42,046 nt of DNA from Slackia heliotrinireducens (lineage in GTDB: Bacteria > Actinomycetota > Aquicultoria > DYIV01), in assembly GCA_020723435.1 (NCBI GenBank), contig DYIV01000006.1, positions 2,329-44,374 on the forward strand, written 5' to 3'. The position numbers were made by a program, and so were the translations under genes. Within the stretch, counting starts at the first letter, position 1. Each line of letters begins with the position of its first letter. Of the stretch, positions 28,026-36,780 are shown piece after piece. The notes under the pieces are model-generated. The model made no database searches, was not told the origin of the DNA, and worked only from the letters and a program-made list of their open reading frames with translations.

Positions 28026-29506
28026 GGTAGCGCTCCTTTCCCTGCCGCCTTTTCAGGCAGGATGTCGAGTTCCGTCAAAAGCATACCATCACTGTCCGAT
28101 ATACGCTGGGCGACGCTGTCGAGTATCTCCGAGACGAACGCCTCTCCAAGACGAGACTTGGCCGATCGGACGACGAGAGAAACATAGTTCTTGGCCTGAT
28201 TCTCGACAGTCTCCTGACTGCCGGCGAATCGACTGGCCACGCTGCGACGGTCGCTGGGATGCCAGAAGTCGGGAAGCGTGGCTTCTGCGGCGGCGAATGA
28301 AACATCTTCGTAGATCAGCGTCACGGTCTTCTCTCCGGCGATAACCTCCACGGATTCCGCAAAAAGGCGCAGACAGTTGGCGATAGCGGTAACAAGGCGC
28401 CGCTTCTTCTCATCCGACCTGACGATCCAGCCGATCGCCCACAGAGGGTAGAGCGTCAGCAGCAGAGAGTGCGAATCGGAGCCCAGCTGCCGCAGCAGAT
28501 CCCGCAACGTGCGGACCCCGTCTATCTCGGCGAGGACTCGCCGCTCGTCTTCGGTCAGATCTATGCCGACGGTCTCGTACTCGTAGCCGGGACGCGTGTC
28601 GAGCACCGCTCCGACCTCCATCGGAATCTGGCTGCGGGCGGCCTCCGGCGGTACGAGGCGGCATCCGCGGAGTATGACCGCCATGTGACCGTCGACCTTT
28701 TCGACCTGATCGTCGGGGACCTCAACGTGCGAGAAGGCGAAGCGGCGATCGGTGGCGGCAAAGGTCTCGCGCAGCGCGACGTCGGTCTTGACACCGGGGA
28801 CCGAAACGAGCCCGGTGAGCGTGCCTTCCTCGAACTGGAATCCAACCTTGCGGTCGTCGGCGAACCCCCACAGTACGCCGGAGCGACGGGCGGCGACGAC
28901 GTTGCGCAGCGTCTCATAGAGCGGGCATTCGTATTGCGGATCGGGCGCACCCGCCGGGACGGCGGTCAACGTGCCCGCCGACGATGCTTGGAGTAGGGCT
29001 GTCACGTGACGTATCTCCGCGTCCAAGAGCGCTCGACGGCGATCGAGCACGAGCACGAGCGACGCATCTCCGGAAACCCGGGCGTCTTCGAGCGTTCTCT
29101 CGAGCAACGATAGCGCCTGCTGCAGCGACGTCAGCCTGGCCAGAATGCGGGAGGTGGCGACGCTCGGCTCGAGCCGGTCGCTGTAGTACAAGGCGATATC
29201 GAAGCTCTGCATGGACTCCGGCAGCTCGCCCAAGGCCACCTCCACCTCAGTGAAGAATTCCCGGCGTCCCTCATCGGTGATCGAGTAGACCGTTCTCTCC
29301 GGCTTTCCTCCGTGCCGCTCGGAGTGTCGGGAGACGAAACCGGCACGGGCGAGACGGTTCAGCGCGTAGTAGACGGACGCCCGTCCCATCTTCACCCAGA
29401 CGCTCATGTATGGACCGCCGAGTTGATCCACCAGTTCGTATCCGTGCATCGGTTCTCGAATGAGCATCCCGAGCAGCATGAGATCGGTCTTTGAAATGCC
29501 CTTCAC
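28022..29506 (-). CDS. PadR-family regulator fused to a DUF4388 (PATAN)-like domain
   Basis: PMHGYEL..SVYYALNRL..YSITDEGR (PadR); LYETLRNVVAARRSGVL..FQFEEG and LTEDERRVLAEIDGVRTL (DUF4388-like). Confidence 0.75.
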   Translation of the reverse strand: MKGISKTDLMLLGMLIREPMHGYELVDQLGGPYMSVWVKMGRASVYYALNRLARAGFVSRHSERHGGKPERTVYSITDEGRREFFTEVEVALGELPESMQSFDIALYYSDRLEPSVATSRILARLTSLQQALSLLERTLEDARVSGDASLVLVLDRRRALLDAEIRHVTALLQASSAGTLTAVPAGAPDPQYECPLYETLRNVVAARRSGVLWGFADDRKVGFQFEEGTLTGLVSVPGVKTDVALRETFAATDRRFAFSHVEVPDDQVEKVDGHMAVILRGCRLVPPEAARSQIPMEVGAVLDTRPGYEYETVGIDLTEDERRVLAEIDGVRTLRDLLRQLGSDSHSLLLTLYPLWAIGWIVRSDEKKRRLVTAIANCLRLFAESVEVIAGEKTVTLIYEDVSFAAAEATLPDFWHPSDRRSVASRFAGSQETVENQAKNYVSLVVRSAKSRLGEAFVSEILDSVAQRISDSDGMLLTELDILPEKAAGKGALP

Positions 29507-29733
29507 GGAGCCCCCGCCTCGACGTATGAGTCCAGATCGAATGGTACCGCTTTTGGCGGATGCCTGCCAGTATAATCACACGTTATTCCATCACGGACTA
29601 ATCCTGCCACTCACAGTGATCGAGGGAAAAGCCTGACGTGGTACCCGTTCCGACATCGCGGCGATGGTCGCGCGACCTCTGCTGCACCAGGCGGGCTAGG
29701 CCTGCTGCCTGCGGAAAGAGCGCCTGGAGAGCG

Positions 29734-29752
29734 GAGTGTTAAGAGAGTGTTA
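29734..29752 (+). promoter_or_regulatory. 11-bp-period direct repeat (OmpR/PhoB-type box candidate)
   Basis: GAGTGTTA at 29734 and 29745, ~30 bp upstream of the -35. Confidence 0.4.
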
Positions 29753-29783
29753 GGAAACCTTCACAGAAAGACAAGAAAAGGGG

Positions 29784-29812
29784 TTGCAGGCTCGTCCAAA
29801 GTGGACTAAGCT
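29784..29812 (+). promoter_or_regulatory. Sigma70-type promoter of the cytochrome cluster with an overlapping dyad
   Basis: TTGCAG-N17-TAAGCT; the spacer contains GTCCA-AAG-TGGAC. Confidence 0.55.
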
Positions 29813-29820
29813 GAGATAGA

Positions 29821-29965
29821 CCTCAGAGGCGTGGTGGCCCGGATGTTGCTCTTAGGTACGGAGGAAGCAATCGGCATGGGAGTCTCATCGTGAAAGCAGG
29901 AACAAGGCTGAACGGGCTCCCCGCAAACGACACAGTCCGGATTGTGGGCTCTTCACTGCCTCAGG
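29821..29965 (+). ncRNA. Putative multi-branched 5' leader RNA
   Basis: Closing stem 29821-40/29946-65; inner stems 29846-50/29866-70, 29878-85/29914-21 and 29931-36/29941-46. Confidence 0.4.
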
Positions 29966-30102
29966 ACGCCCCCCTTTTAAGGAAATACCTGACATGAAAC
30001 GTCAAGATACCTCCCCCCGGCAAGGTCACATCGCCGCTGCCCACTTGTGCAGGGGCGTGGATTGACACGTTGGCAACCGAGAAGAAAGGAGGTGCATACA
30101 TA

Positions 30103-31692
30103 ATGAGGTTGCTCAAAGAAAGTAGGAGTGCAATGGTGCTGTTTGTGGCCGCTGTTCTCGTTTTCGTTCTGGGCCTGGCGACGACGGCACTTGCCGTAGC
30201 GCCACAGACGTACAACGAGGCCGATCCGGCTTTCGGCCGCTCAGCATGGACCTATAAGGACCTCCAGGATACGGATGCGAAGTACGAAGGTAGCTACGCC
30301 GTCTTCGACGACACGTCTACCGCGATGTACAACAATCCGCACGGTGGTTACGACACCGGCACGAACCAGTGCAAGGTGTGCCATGCGGTCCACCGCGCCA
30401 ACGGCGCGTACTATCTCTTGCGTGCCGATTCGCAGGACGACGCATGCTCCTACTGCCACATCGGAGGTTCCGCTCACTCGGACAAGGTTGTCTACGACGC
30501 GAACCCGGATGGCATCTATACGACGAACGGCCATACGATAGGTGCTCAGACGCAGATCCCGGATTCGTCGGAGAGCCAGGAGGCCACCGCGGTCACCCTG
30601 TCGACGACGGACGCCAACGGCGATCCGCTTGAAGAGACCATCCACGTTCGTAGTTACGAGACGGCCAAGAACGAGATGTACAGGTTCGGTCGTCACCACA
30701 GCCAGAGCCCGGTATCTACGGGACGCAGTGGCTATGCCAAGATCGGACCGCTGGCTCTTCGTTGCATGAACTGCCACCAGCCGCACAACGCGACGGAGTT
30801 GGTCTGGAAGCCGCGTGACTTCACGCCGTTCACCAGCGCCAACTACAGCACGGCCACCGACGGCGCCTTCAGGACATCGAGCTACAAGCTCCTGCGGCGT
30901 TATCCGTCCGCGTCCACCTACGGCTCGATCAACAGCTACGGCTACTGGGATGACGTGCAGGCCATCAAGGTCATCGAAGACAGCGCGACTGCCGGGCTGA
31001 ACTTCAGCCAGGAGATGTCCGCCGAGTCGACCTACACGGAGAACGGCGTTACGCGGCGTCAGCCGCTGTGGATTGCCCAGGATATCCACAAGCCCGATCC
31101 GGATTCGGAGAGTGGCATCTATCGCTACCCGAACAAGGTCAACAACATGGCGTTGTCATGGTGGTGTGCTGACTGTCACAACCTGAACGTTGGTGGCTGG
31201 GAGCCGCTGACCGACCCCGAGCTCGGCTTCAAGGCTCACACCGAGCGGACCCACCCGGCACCGTACTACGGCGCCTACACGGGTCCCGGCCAGTGCTACA
31301 GCTGCCACCGCAACGACCTGTCGCCGCAGATGGGCCTGACGGCTGCCACCAACCCGGATCGTTCCTCGGGTTACGCCGCGGGTCACACTGTCGGCGGTGT
31401 TGTCAGCGCGACGGCTATCACGGGATCGTCCCGGAACGGGTGCACCCAGTGCCACTACGGAACCGGCGACTACTATCGTGAGCGCGTGAATGGCGGCGGC
31501 GTACCTGTCGTCGAGTCCGACTTCCCGCACTCCGGCGGTACTGAGGATATCAAGATGCTGGGTAACTACAGCGCGTCGGTCGCAAGCGCAACCGCGAGCT
31601 ACGCGCCGACCTACAGCCAGACCACCGTCACCGAGAATAATCTCGATGCAGTGTGCCTGCGCTGTCATCCCGGCGTCGGTATCCACATCTAG
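30103..31692 (+). CDS. Secreted heptaheme cytochrome c with OmcS-like motif order (candidate major subunit)
   Basis: AAAGGAGGTG SD and signal peptide ending ALA. CKVCH, CSYCH, CMNCH, CADCH, CYSCH, CTQCH, CLRCH. Confidence 0.9.
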   Translation: MRLLKESRSAMVLFVAAVLVFVLGLATTALAVAPQTYNEADPAFGRSAWTYKDLQDTDAKYEGSYAVFDDTSTAMYNNPHGGYDTGTNQCKVCHAVHRANGAYYLLRADSQDDACSYCHIGGSAHSDKVVYDANPDGIYTTNGHTIGAQTQIPDSSESQEATAVTLSTTDANGDPLEETIHVRSYETAKNEMYRFGRHHSQSPVSTGRSGYAKIGPLALRCMNCHQPHNATELVWKPRDFTPFTSANYSTATDGAFRTSSYKLLRRYPSASTYGSINSYGYWDDVQAIKVIEDSATAGLNFSQEMSAESTYTENGVTRRQPLWIAQDIHKPDPDSESGIYRYPNKVNNMALSWWCADCHNLNVGGWEPLTDPELGFKAHTERTHPAPYYGAYTGPGQCYSCHRNDLSPQMGLTAATNPDRSSGYAAGHTVGGVVSATAITGSSRNGCTQCHYGTGDYYRERVNGGGVPVVESDFPHSGGTEDIKMLGNYSASVASATASYAPTYSQTTVTENNLDAVCLRCHPGVGIHI

Positions 31693-31745
31693 TCGCGAGT
31701 TAGAGGAGCGAAGAGCTTATCGACTCGCACTGAGAGCATGAGAGG

Positions 31746-31779
31746 TGAGCCCCCGCCCTAGGGCGGGGGCTCATTCTTG
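31746..31779 (+). terminator. Strong hairpin / intrinsic terminator
   Basis: Perfect 28-bp palindrome TGAGCCCCCGCCCTAGGGCGGGGGCTCA followed by TTCTT. Confidence 0.8.
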
Positions 31780-31864
31780 GAAGGTCGCCGGCCGGTTGCG
31801 CCTGTCGGCCGCATCGGTAGGCGCATCGGCGAGTTGACCGACGAATGGGCCGATCCACCAAGAT

Positions 31865-31881
31865 CTGGCATATGGGTTGCT
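31865..31881 (+). promoter_or_regulatory. Sigma54-type -24/-12 promoter
   Basis: CTGGCATATGGGTTGCT (GG-N10-GC), ~65 bp before GTG 31947. Confidence 0.6.
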
Positions 31882-31946
31882 ATATATCTGTACTGGGCAG
31901 ATGGGTACCTCAACCGGAAGAAAGCTAGCGAAGGGAGGCGAACCGG

Positions 31947-32666
31947 GTGGCCAGCACGGGGCAATCGCCTGAGTTCGTCGATCATGCTCGGGCCGTGACT
32001 CACGTCACAACCGGCTACGCTGAAGCGGAGTCGCGCGCCGAGCCCCATAAGGCACGGCTGCTGTTTCGAGCTCTTCTGGTCACCGCGCTTCTCGCCCTAA
32101 GCCTCGCCGTCGTCGTCAATTGGCTCGCCGTTCCCTGGGACTGGGGTTCCGGACAATTACGCGTCTCCGTTCCGGCGCCCGACGGACGCGTGCCGCCTCC
32201 GGGCATCAAGACGGCCGTCAACGAGCTACCGGGCGCGATTCCCGGGTTCGAGAACATCACGAGGCAGGCAGTTCCCGGCCAGGGTGGCCGTGCCGTCGAG
32301 GCGCTGTATGTGACTCTGAACATGAACCTCGAGATCCAAGTGCCGATAGCCGTCTACGTACGGGCCGAGGGGTTCCCCTCCGGCGCCCTCGCCCGGCGGC
32401 GGGCGACTGAGATCGCGGGACCCTTCCCGGTTGGCGCCTCAAGCGTTCGGGTCGGGAAGACGGCCGTCGGCAGGGCGGGTTACAGCTCCGATCGAGGCGC
32501 CTACACCATTACGTGGACCCGAGGTCAACACGTCTTCTTCGTCAAGAGCACGTTTCGCGACAAGGCCCCGGCACAAAAGCGAGATTTCCTCAGAGTTCAG
32601 GCTCGTCCGGTGGCAGACGCCATCGAGGCGTATCAGCGCTCCGGCAAACGGAGCATCAAGCTCTAG
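31947..32666 (+). CDS. Membrane-anchored hypothetical protein
   Basis: GGGAGG SD, single TM, extracellular domain. Confidence 0.7.
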   Translation: MASTGQSPEFVDHARAVTHVTTGYAEAESRAEPHKARLLFRALLVTALLALSLAVVVNWLAVPWDWGSGQLRVSVPAPDGRVPPPGIKTAVNELPGAIPGFENITRQAVPGQGGRAVEALYVTLNMNLEIQVPIAVYVRAEGFPSGALARRRATEIAGPFPVGASSVRVGKTAVGRAGYSSDRGAYTITWTRGQHVFFVKSTFRDKAPAQKRDFLRVQARPVADAIEAYQRSGKRSIKL

Positions 32667-32690
32667 GGCGAGAAGCCCAAAGGAGTAATC

Positions 32691-33716
32691 GTGCCGCAAA
32701 CCGGCGACAAGAATCGCCTGCGCAGCAGAATGGATCGCTACAGGCTCGACACGGAGCGGGTTTGGTACCTTGCCCTGTCTGTAGTCTGCTTTGTGCTGAT
32801 CGTGGCCGGCGCCGTATCCGCAGCCGCGGTGAGCCCGCGTTTCTGCGCGGCGTGTCATGACCGCGAGACGGACGCCCTGACAAAGTCGGCCCACAAGACC
32901 ATCGCGTGCGATCGATGTCACACGGCGCCGAGCCTGGCGGGGGTGGTCGACAGCAGGCTCGCGGTGGTCGGCATGATACCGGCCCAGCTCGTCGCCGGCA
33001 GCGGCCCCGCGCCGACGGTCATCGACAACGACCGTTGCGTGGCGTGTCACAAAGAGGTGCTCACGGCCACGACCACGTCGAAGGGGCTGCGCATGAACCA
33101 CCGCGCGCTGTATGAGAAGAAGTGGTCATGCACGCGCTGTCACCCGCGAACGGCGCATCCGTCCTCACGAGCTCCCGTTCTCGGCTACTCGATGGACGTC
33201 TGCATGGAGTGCCATACGCCTACGACGGCGGATCTGACCGCCTGCGACATGTGCCACGTCGGCAAGTACCCCTCGGTTCGGCAGCAGGCGGGCGCGACGA
33301 CACCGTGGGGCATCACGCACGGCCCCAACTGGCGCAAGACGCACGGCATGGGCAACTTGAACACCTGCGCCGCCTGCCACCAGGATGGGTACTGCGCCAC
33401 ATGCCACAAGATAGACATGCCGCACCCGGCGAACTTCCCGTCCGAGCACGGGAAGGTCGTCCTCAGCCGGGAGAGCGGAACGGAGGACTGCTTCGTTTGT
33501 CACAAGCGAACGACGTGTGACAATTGCCACGGCATCGAAATGCCGCATCCTACCGGATTCATAAAGACGCACTCCAAGACCGTTGGACGCATGGGCCAGG
33601 CGGTTTGCGAGCGATGTCACGCCGAATCATCCTGCCTGGACTGCCATGCGACCCACATCCATCCCGGGCTGCTGCCCGAAGTCATAAAGAAGCTACGAGC
33701 GAGGCCGGCCACATGA
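32691..33716 (+). CDS. Membrane-anchored dodecaheme cytochrome c with NapC/NirT-like N-terminus
   Basis: TM helix then FCAACH..SAH..CDRCH; 12 CxxCH counted; MPHP repeats. Confidence 0.88.
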   Translation: MPQTGDKNRLRSRMDRYRLDTERVWYLALSVVCFVLIVAGAVSAAAVSPRFCAACHDRETDALTKSAHKTIACDRCHTAPSLAGVVDSRLAVVGMIPAQLVAGSGPAPTVIDNDRCVACHKEVLTATTTSKGLRMNHRALYEKKWSCTRCHPRTAHPSSRAPVLGYSMDVCMECHTPTTADLTACDMCHVGKYPSVRQQAGATTPWGITHGPNWRKTHGMGNLNTCAACHQDGYCATCHKIDMPHPANFPSEHGKVVLSRESGTEDCFVCHKRTTCDNCHGIEMPHPTGFIKTHSKTVGRMGQAVCERCHAESSCLDCHATHIHPGLLPEVIKKLRARPAT

Positions 33717-34933
33717 GGCTGCAAGACTACATAAACTCGGCTCGCACCTGGCTCACCGGCGGCGATCCGGCACGCAATCTCATCACGATTCTGGTGATCG
33801 TACTGGTGGTCACCGCAGTCATCGCCGGCGTCGTCTACTTCGTTCACGTCACGACGCCGAAAGGACGGATCGAAGCGCTGTTGCGCAGCAGGGCGCAGGA
33901 GCAGGCCCGCGGTCCGGCATGGCTCGTGAGGCTACTGGCGATACTGCTCTTCATCCTGGCCTTCGCGGGCATCGGCTATTACATGGACAGACCGGAAGGA
34001 TGCAACCAGTGCCATGGGAATGCCTGGTCGAAATCGCTGTCCAGATCGCCTCACAAGGATGTCTCCTGCATGGACTGTCACGGCTCGCGGGGGATAACCG
34101 GGCCGGCGCGCGATCTGGTGGCGTACGCTCGGTGGGTAACCGTCTACACGGCCGCCCGCGAGGTCGTCAAGCCTCGAGGCGTGGGCATCTACGAGGGCGC
34201 GTGCCTCGATTGCCACCCTGAGGTCCGCACCTCGACTCGCGTCCGAAACGGAATCCGCGTGCGACACAAGGACTTCCTGGTCAGCGGCGTTACCTGCGCC
34301 GATTGCCACAACATGACGTCCCATCCCGACGAGGTTGCCGAACCGACCAAGCCAAGCATGAGCGGGTGTCTGATCTGTCACAACGGCGATCGCGCGTCGG
34401 CCGAGTGCGAGACGTGCCACGTTCGGGATCCCGCGCTGCAGTCGGTGCCTCGCGGGTTCGCCAAGGTCCATATGAGCTCCGAGCAGCAGAAAGGGGCCTG
34501 CTTCAAATGCCACAACCCGGCGCCCTGCACGGCCTGCCACGGACTGCGCATGCCGCATCCCCCTAACTGGGTGGCAAAGGGCGGCGTCGATCAGAGAAAC
34601 AGGCACGCCCGGGAAGCCTTCGTCGACCGGCAGGTCTGCTGGCGCTGCCACTACAAGGGAACGGACGTGTTTTCAGCCAACCCGGACGCGTGCAAGCCCT
34701 GCCACGAACCCGGCATGGACACAAAGATGCACGGAGGCTCGGTGTGGATACAGGAGCACGGGCCGGAGGCAACGGGTAAGAGGACAGGAGTCTTCGCGGC
34801 CTGCTTCGACTGCCATTCAGCGACGCTGTGCGATCAGTGTCATCCGGCGTCGTACCGGAAGCTGTACAAGCCGAGAACGGGTCCGGACCAGTACCAGCGG
34901 GCCGTGCCGCTCGACCCGAGTCTGGTCCCGTAG
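33713..34933 (+). CDS. Membrane-anchored dodecaheme cytochrome c (two N-terminal TMs), paralog of the upstream gene
   Basis: ATGA overlap at 33713-16; 12 CxxCH counted; CNQCH..SPH..CMDCH NapC-like start. Confidence 0.88.
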   Translation: MRLQDYINSARTWLTGGDPARNLITILVIVLVVTAVIAGVVYFVHVTTPKGRIEALLRSRAQEQARGPAWLVRLLAILLFILAFAGIGYYMDRPEGCNQCHGNAWSKSLSRSPHKDVSCMDCHGSRGITGPARDLVAYARWVTVYTAAREVVKPRGVGIYEGACLDCHPEVRTSTRVRNGIRVRHKDFLVSGVTCADCHNMTSHPDEVAEPTKPSMSGCLICHNGDRASAECETCHVRDPALQSVPRGFAKVHMSSEQQKGACFKCHNPAPCTACHGLRMPHPPNWVAKGGVDQRNRHAREAFVDRQVCWRCHYKGTDVFSANPDACKPCHEPGMDTKMHGGSVWIQEHGPEATGKRTGVFAACFDCHSATLCDQCHPASYRKLYKPRTGPDQYQRAVPLDPSLVP

Positions 34934-34954
34934 TTCGCGGAAGAAGGAGAGAAG

Positions 34955-35356
34955 ATGCGCAAGGTCATTACAGCACTGATAGTTGTCGCCCTGCTGGCGG
35001 CGGTCACCATCGTGGCGCTGTTGTTCAGCTCTCGGGGGCCAACGTCGACGCAAGTGATCAAGGACGCCAAGACGATACCGAAGAGCGCCATGGCGTTCGT
35101 CCGCAATCCATACAAAGACGACTACGGGATGAGCCGCGTATCGGGTTACGTGCAGAACCGGTCCGGCACGAAGATCGTGAACGCGCGCCTGGACATTCAG
35201 CTATCCGATTCGGCCGGCAACAAGAAGGAGCTCATCAAGTATCAGGTCAAGGACATACGTCCGTACTCCAGAAAGAGCTTCGACGCCAACGCGGGGCCCC
35301 TCGGCGGGGCTCGACGCGCCGACGTGAAGATAGTTGAGATCGAGGTGGCCAAGTGA
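34955..35356 (+). CDS. Membrane-anchored FxLYD-like domain protein
   Basis: TM helix then VSGYVQN..IQLSDSAGN pattern. AAGGAG SD. Confidence 0.6.
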   Translation: MRKVITALIVVALLAAVTIVALLFSSRGPTSTQVIKDAKTIPKSAMAFVRNPYKDDYGMSRVSGYVQNRSGTKIVNARLDIQLSDSAGNKKELIKYQVKDIRPYSRKSFDANAGPLGGARRADVKIVEIEVAK

Positions 35357-35946
35357 TGGTCCGTACTCGCCAACGTCCAGGCAGCGCAGACCGAAGCGGC
35401 CACACGTGGCTTCTCGTGCGGCGCCTACTGGCGGCGGCCGTGGTGATCGTGCTCGCGGCGGGTTGGGCCGCGTTGCCCGGCTGCGCCGGGGACTCCCGTC
35501 AGGTGACCATCGTCAAGCCGGGGCAGGAGAAGCGCGCGGGCTTGACTCCGCTGGAGCGAGGCCGGATTCGAGGAGAGGTGCTGCAGGTGGTCAGACCCGC
35601 CATCAAGGCGTGGCGGGCGGGCGATATCACGGCGATGAAGCGGTACTTCTCCGCCGAGCTGGTGACCTACAACGCCAAGGTCAAAGCGGACTACGCGCGT
35701 GAGGGCAAGGTCCGGGTGCGCGCTCACACCAATGTCGGCATGGACGTTGTCGAGTTGACGCCCGACGGCCGCGAGGCCTCGGTTCAGTACACCTTCAGGA
35801 ATCGGTCCTACTTCGCCGCGAAGAGCACGAGGCGCGCTCTGACGAAGCCCACCGACGAGGATGGCGAGATAGACATGATCCTGAAGCGCACCAACGAGGG
35901 TTGGACCATAACGCGCATGTTCAGTGGTAGGGATGAGCTGCTGTGA
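35356..35946 (+). CDS. Hypothetical exported protein / possible lipoprotein
   Basis: Hydrophobic signal ending LPGC; coupled to the upstream stop codon. Confidence 0.6.
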   Translation: MVRTRQRPGSADRSGHTWLLVRRLLAAAVVIVLAAGWAALPGCAGDSRQVTIVKPGQEKRAGLTPLERGRIRGEVLQVVRPAIKAWRAGDITAMKRYFSAELVTYNAKVKADYAREGKVRVRAHTNVGMDVVELTPDGREASVQYTFRNRSYFAAKSTRRALTKPTDEDGEIDMILKRTNEGWTITRMFSGRDELL

Positions 35947-35957
35947 TCGTAGGTAAC

Positions 35958-35974
35958 TTGGCATTTGTATTGCT
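35958..35974 (+). promoter_or_regulatory. Sigma54-type -24/-12 promoter
   Basis: TTGGCATTTGTATTGCT (GG-N10-GC) in the gap before the TPR gene. Confidence 0.6.
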
Positions 35975-36049
35975 CCATTCAGTGTGTTGCGGGACAACGC
36001 GGCACCGATCCGATTTGGAAGTCTCAAGAGCCCAGGGGGTTGTCCGTTG

Positions 36050-36766
36050 ATGCTGGAAAAAGCCGTTCCATATCTGAAGGTCGCCATCGTTCTTCTCGTC
36101 GTGGCGTTGCTCGTGCTGGCAGCCGGTCTCGTTCGCTACGTGCTGCTGGGAGGTTCGGGGGCCGGCGCGCCCAGATCCGAGCTGGAGCGGGCGGTCTTCG
36201 CCGCTGAGGAGGCGGTTCGGGCCAATCCACAGGACGCCGGGGCGCGGGTGAAGCTCGCTGCGGCCTATCTGGAGCAGAATAGCGTCAGCTCGGCTATCGA
36301 GCAGGCTGAGTTCGCCATCAGGCTCGCGCCGAAGGATCCTAGCGGCTACTACGTGCTGGGCCTGGCTCAGTCCGAGTCCGGCGATCTGAAGGCCGCCGCC
36401 GGCAACCTGACGAAGTCCGCGAGGCTCAAGGGCCAGCTCGGCGACTTCTACGCGGACGTATACGCCGCGCTTGCCACCGTTCAGGAGAAGGATGGCGATC
36501 TGAAGGGCGCCATCAAGACGATGGGCAAGGCCCTCGACCAGGCGCCGGAGAACGCGGTCTATCTCACGACTCGCGGCCGCATGCACGAAGACGCGCGCGA
36601 GTGGGTGTGGGCGCTTGATGACTACCTTTCAGCGCTTCAGTACGTGCCGGACTACGAGCCTGCCGGCGATGCCTACAACCGCCTGGCTCGCGAGCATCCG
36701 GAGGCGCTCGAGAAGCTCAAAGAGATGGAGAAGGCAAGCCAGAAAGCCCAGACGAAGAGCAAGTAG
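36050..36766 (+). CDS. Membrane-anchored TPR protein
   Basis: TM helix, then 34-aa periodic repeats (ARVKLAAAY, GYYVLGLAQ, VYAALATVQ, YLTTRGRMH). Confidence 0.85.
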   Translation: MLEKAVPYLKVAIVLLVVALLVLAAGLVRYVLLGGSGAGAPRSELERAVFAAEEAVRANPQDAGARVKLAAAYLEQNSVSSAIEQAEFAIRLAPKDPSGYYVLGLAQSESGDLKAAAGNLTKSARLKGQLGDFYADVYAALATVQEKDGDLKGAIKTMGKALDQAPENAVYLTTRGRMHEDAREWVWALDDYLSALQYVPDYEPAGDAYNRLAREHPEALEKLKEMEKASQKAQTKSK

Positions 36767-36780
36767 CTTAGGAGGTCACC

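Noticed and set aside
29855-29866. GGTACGGAGGAA as a c-di-AMP (ydaO) riboswitch
   Set aside because: The upstream GCTGAATC and downstream CCCGTCAGCTAAC elements are not in the expected positions.
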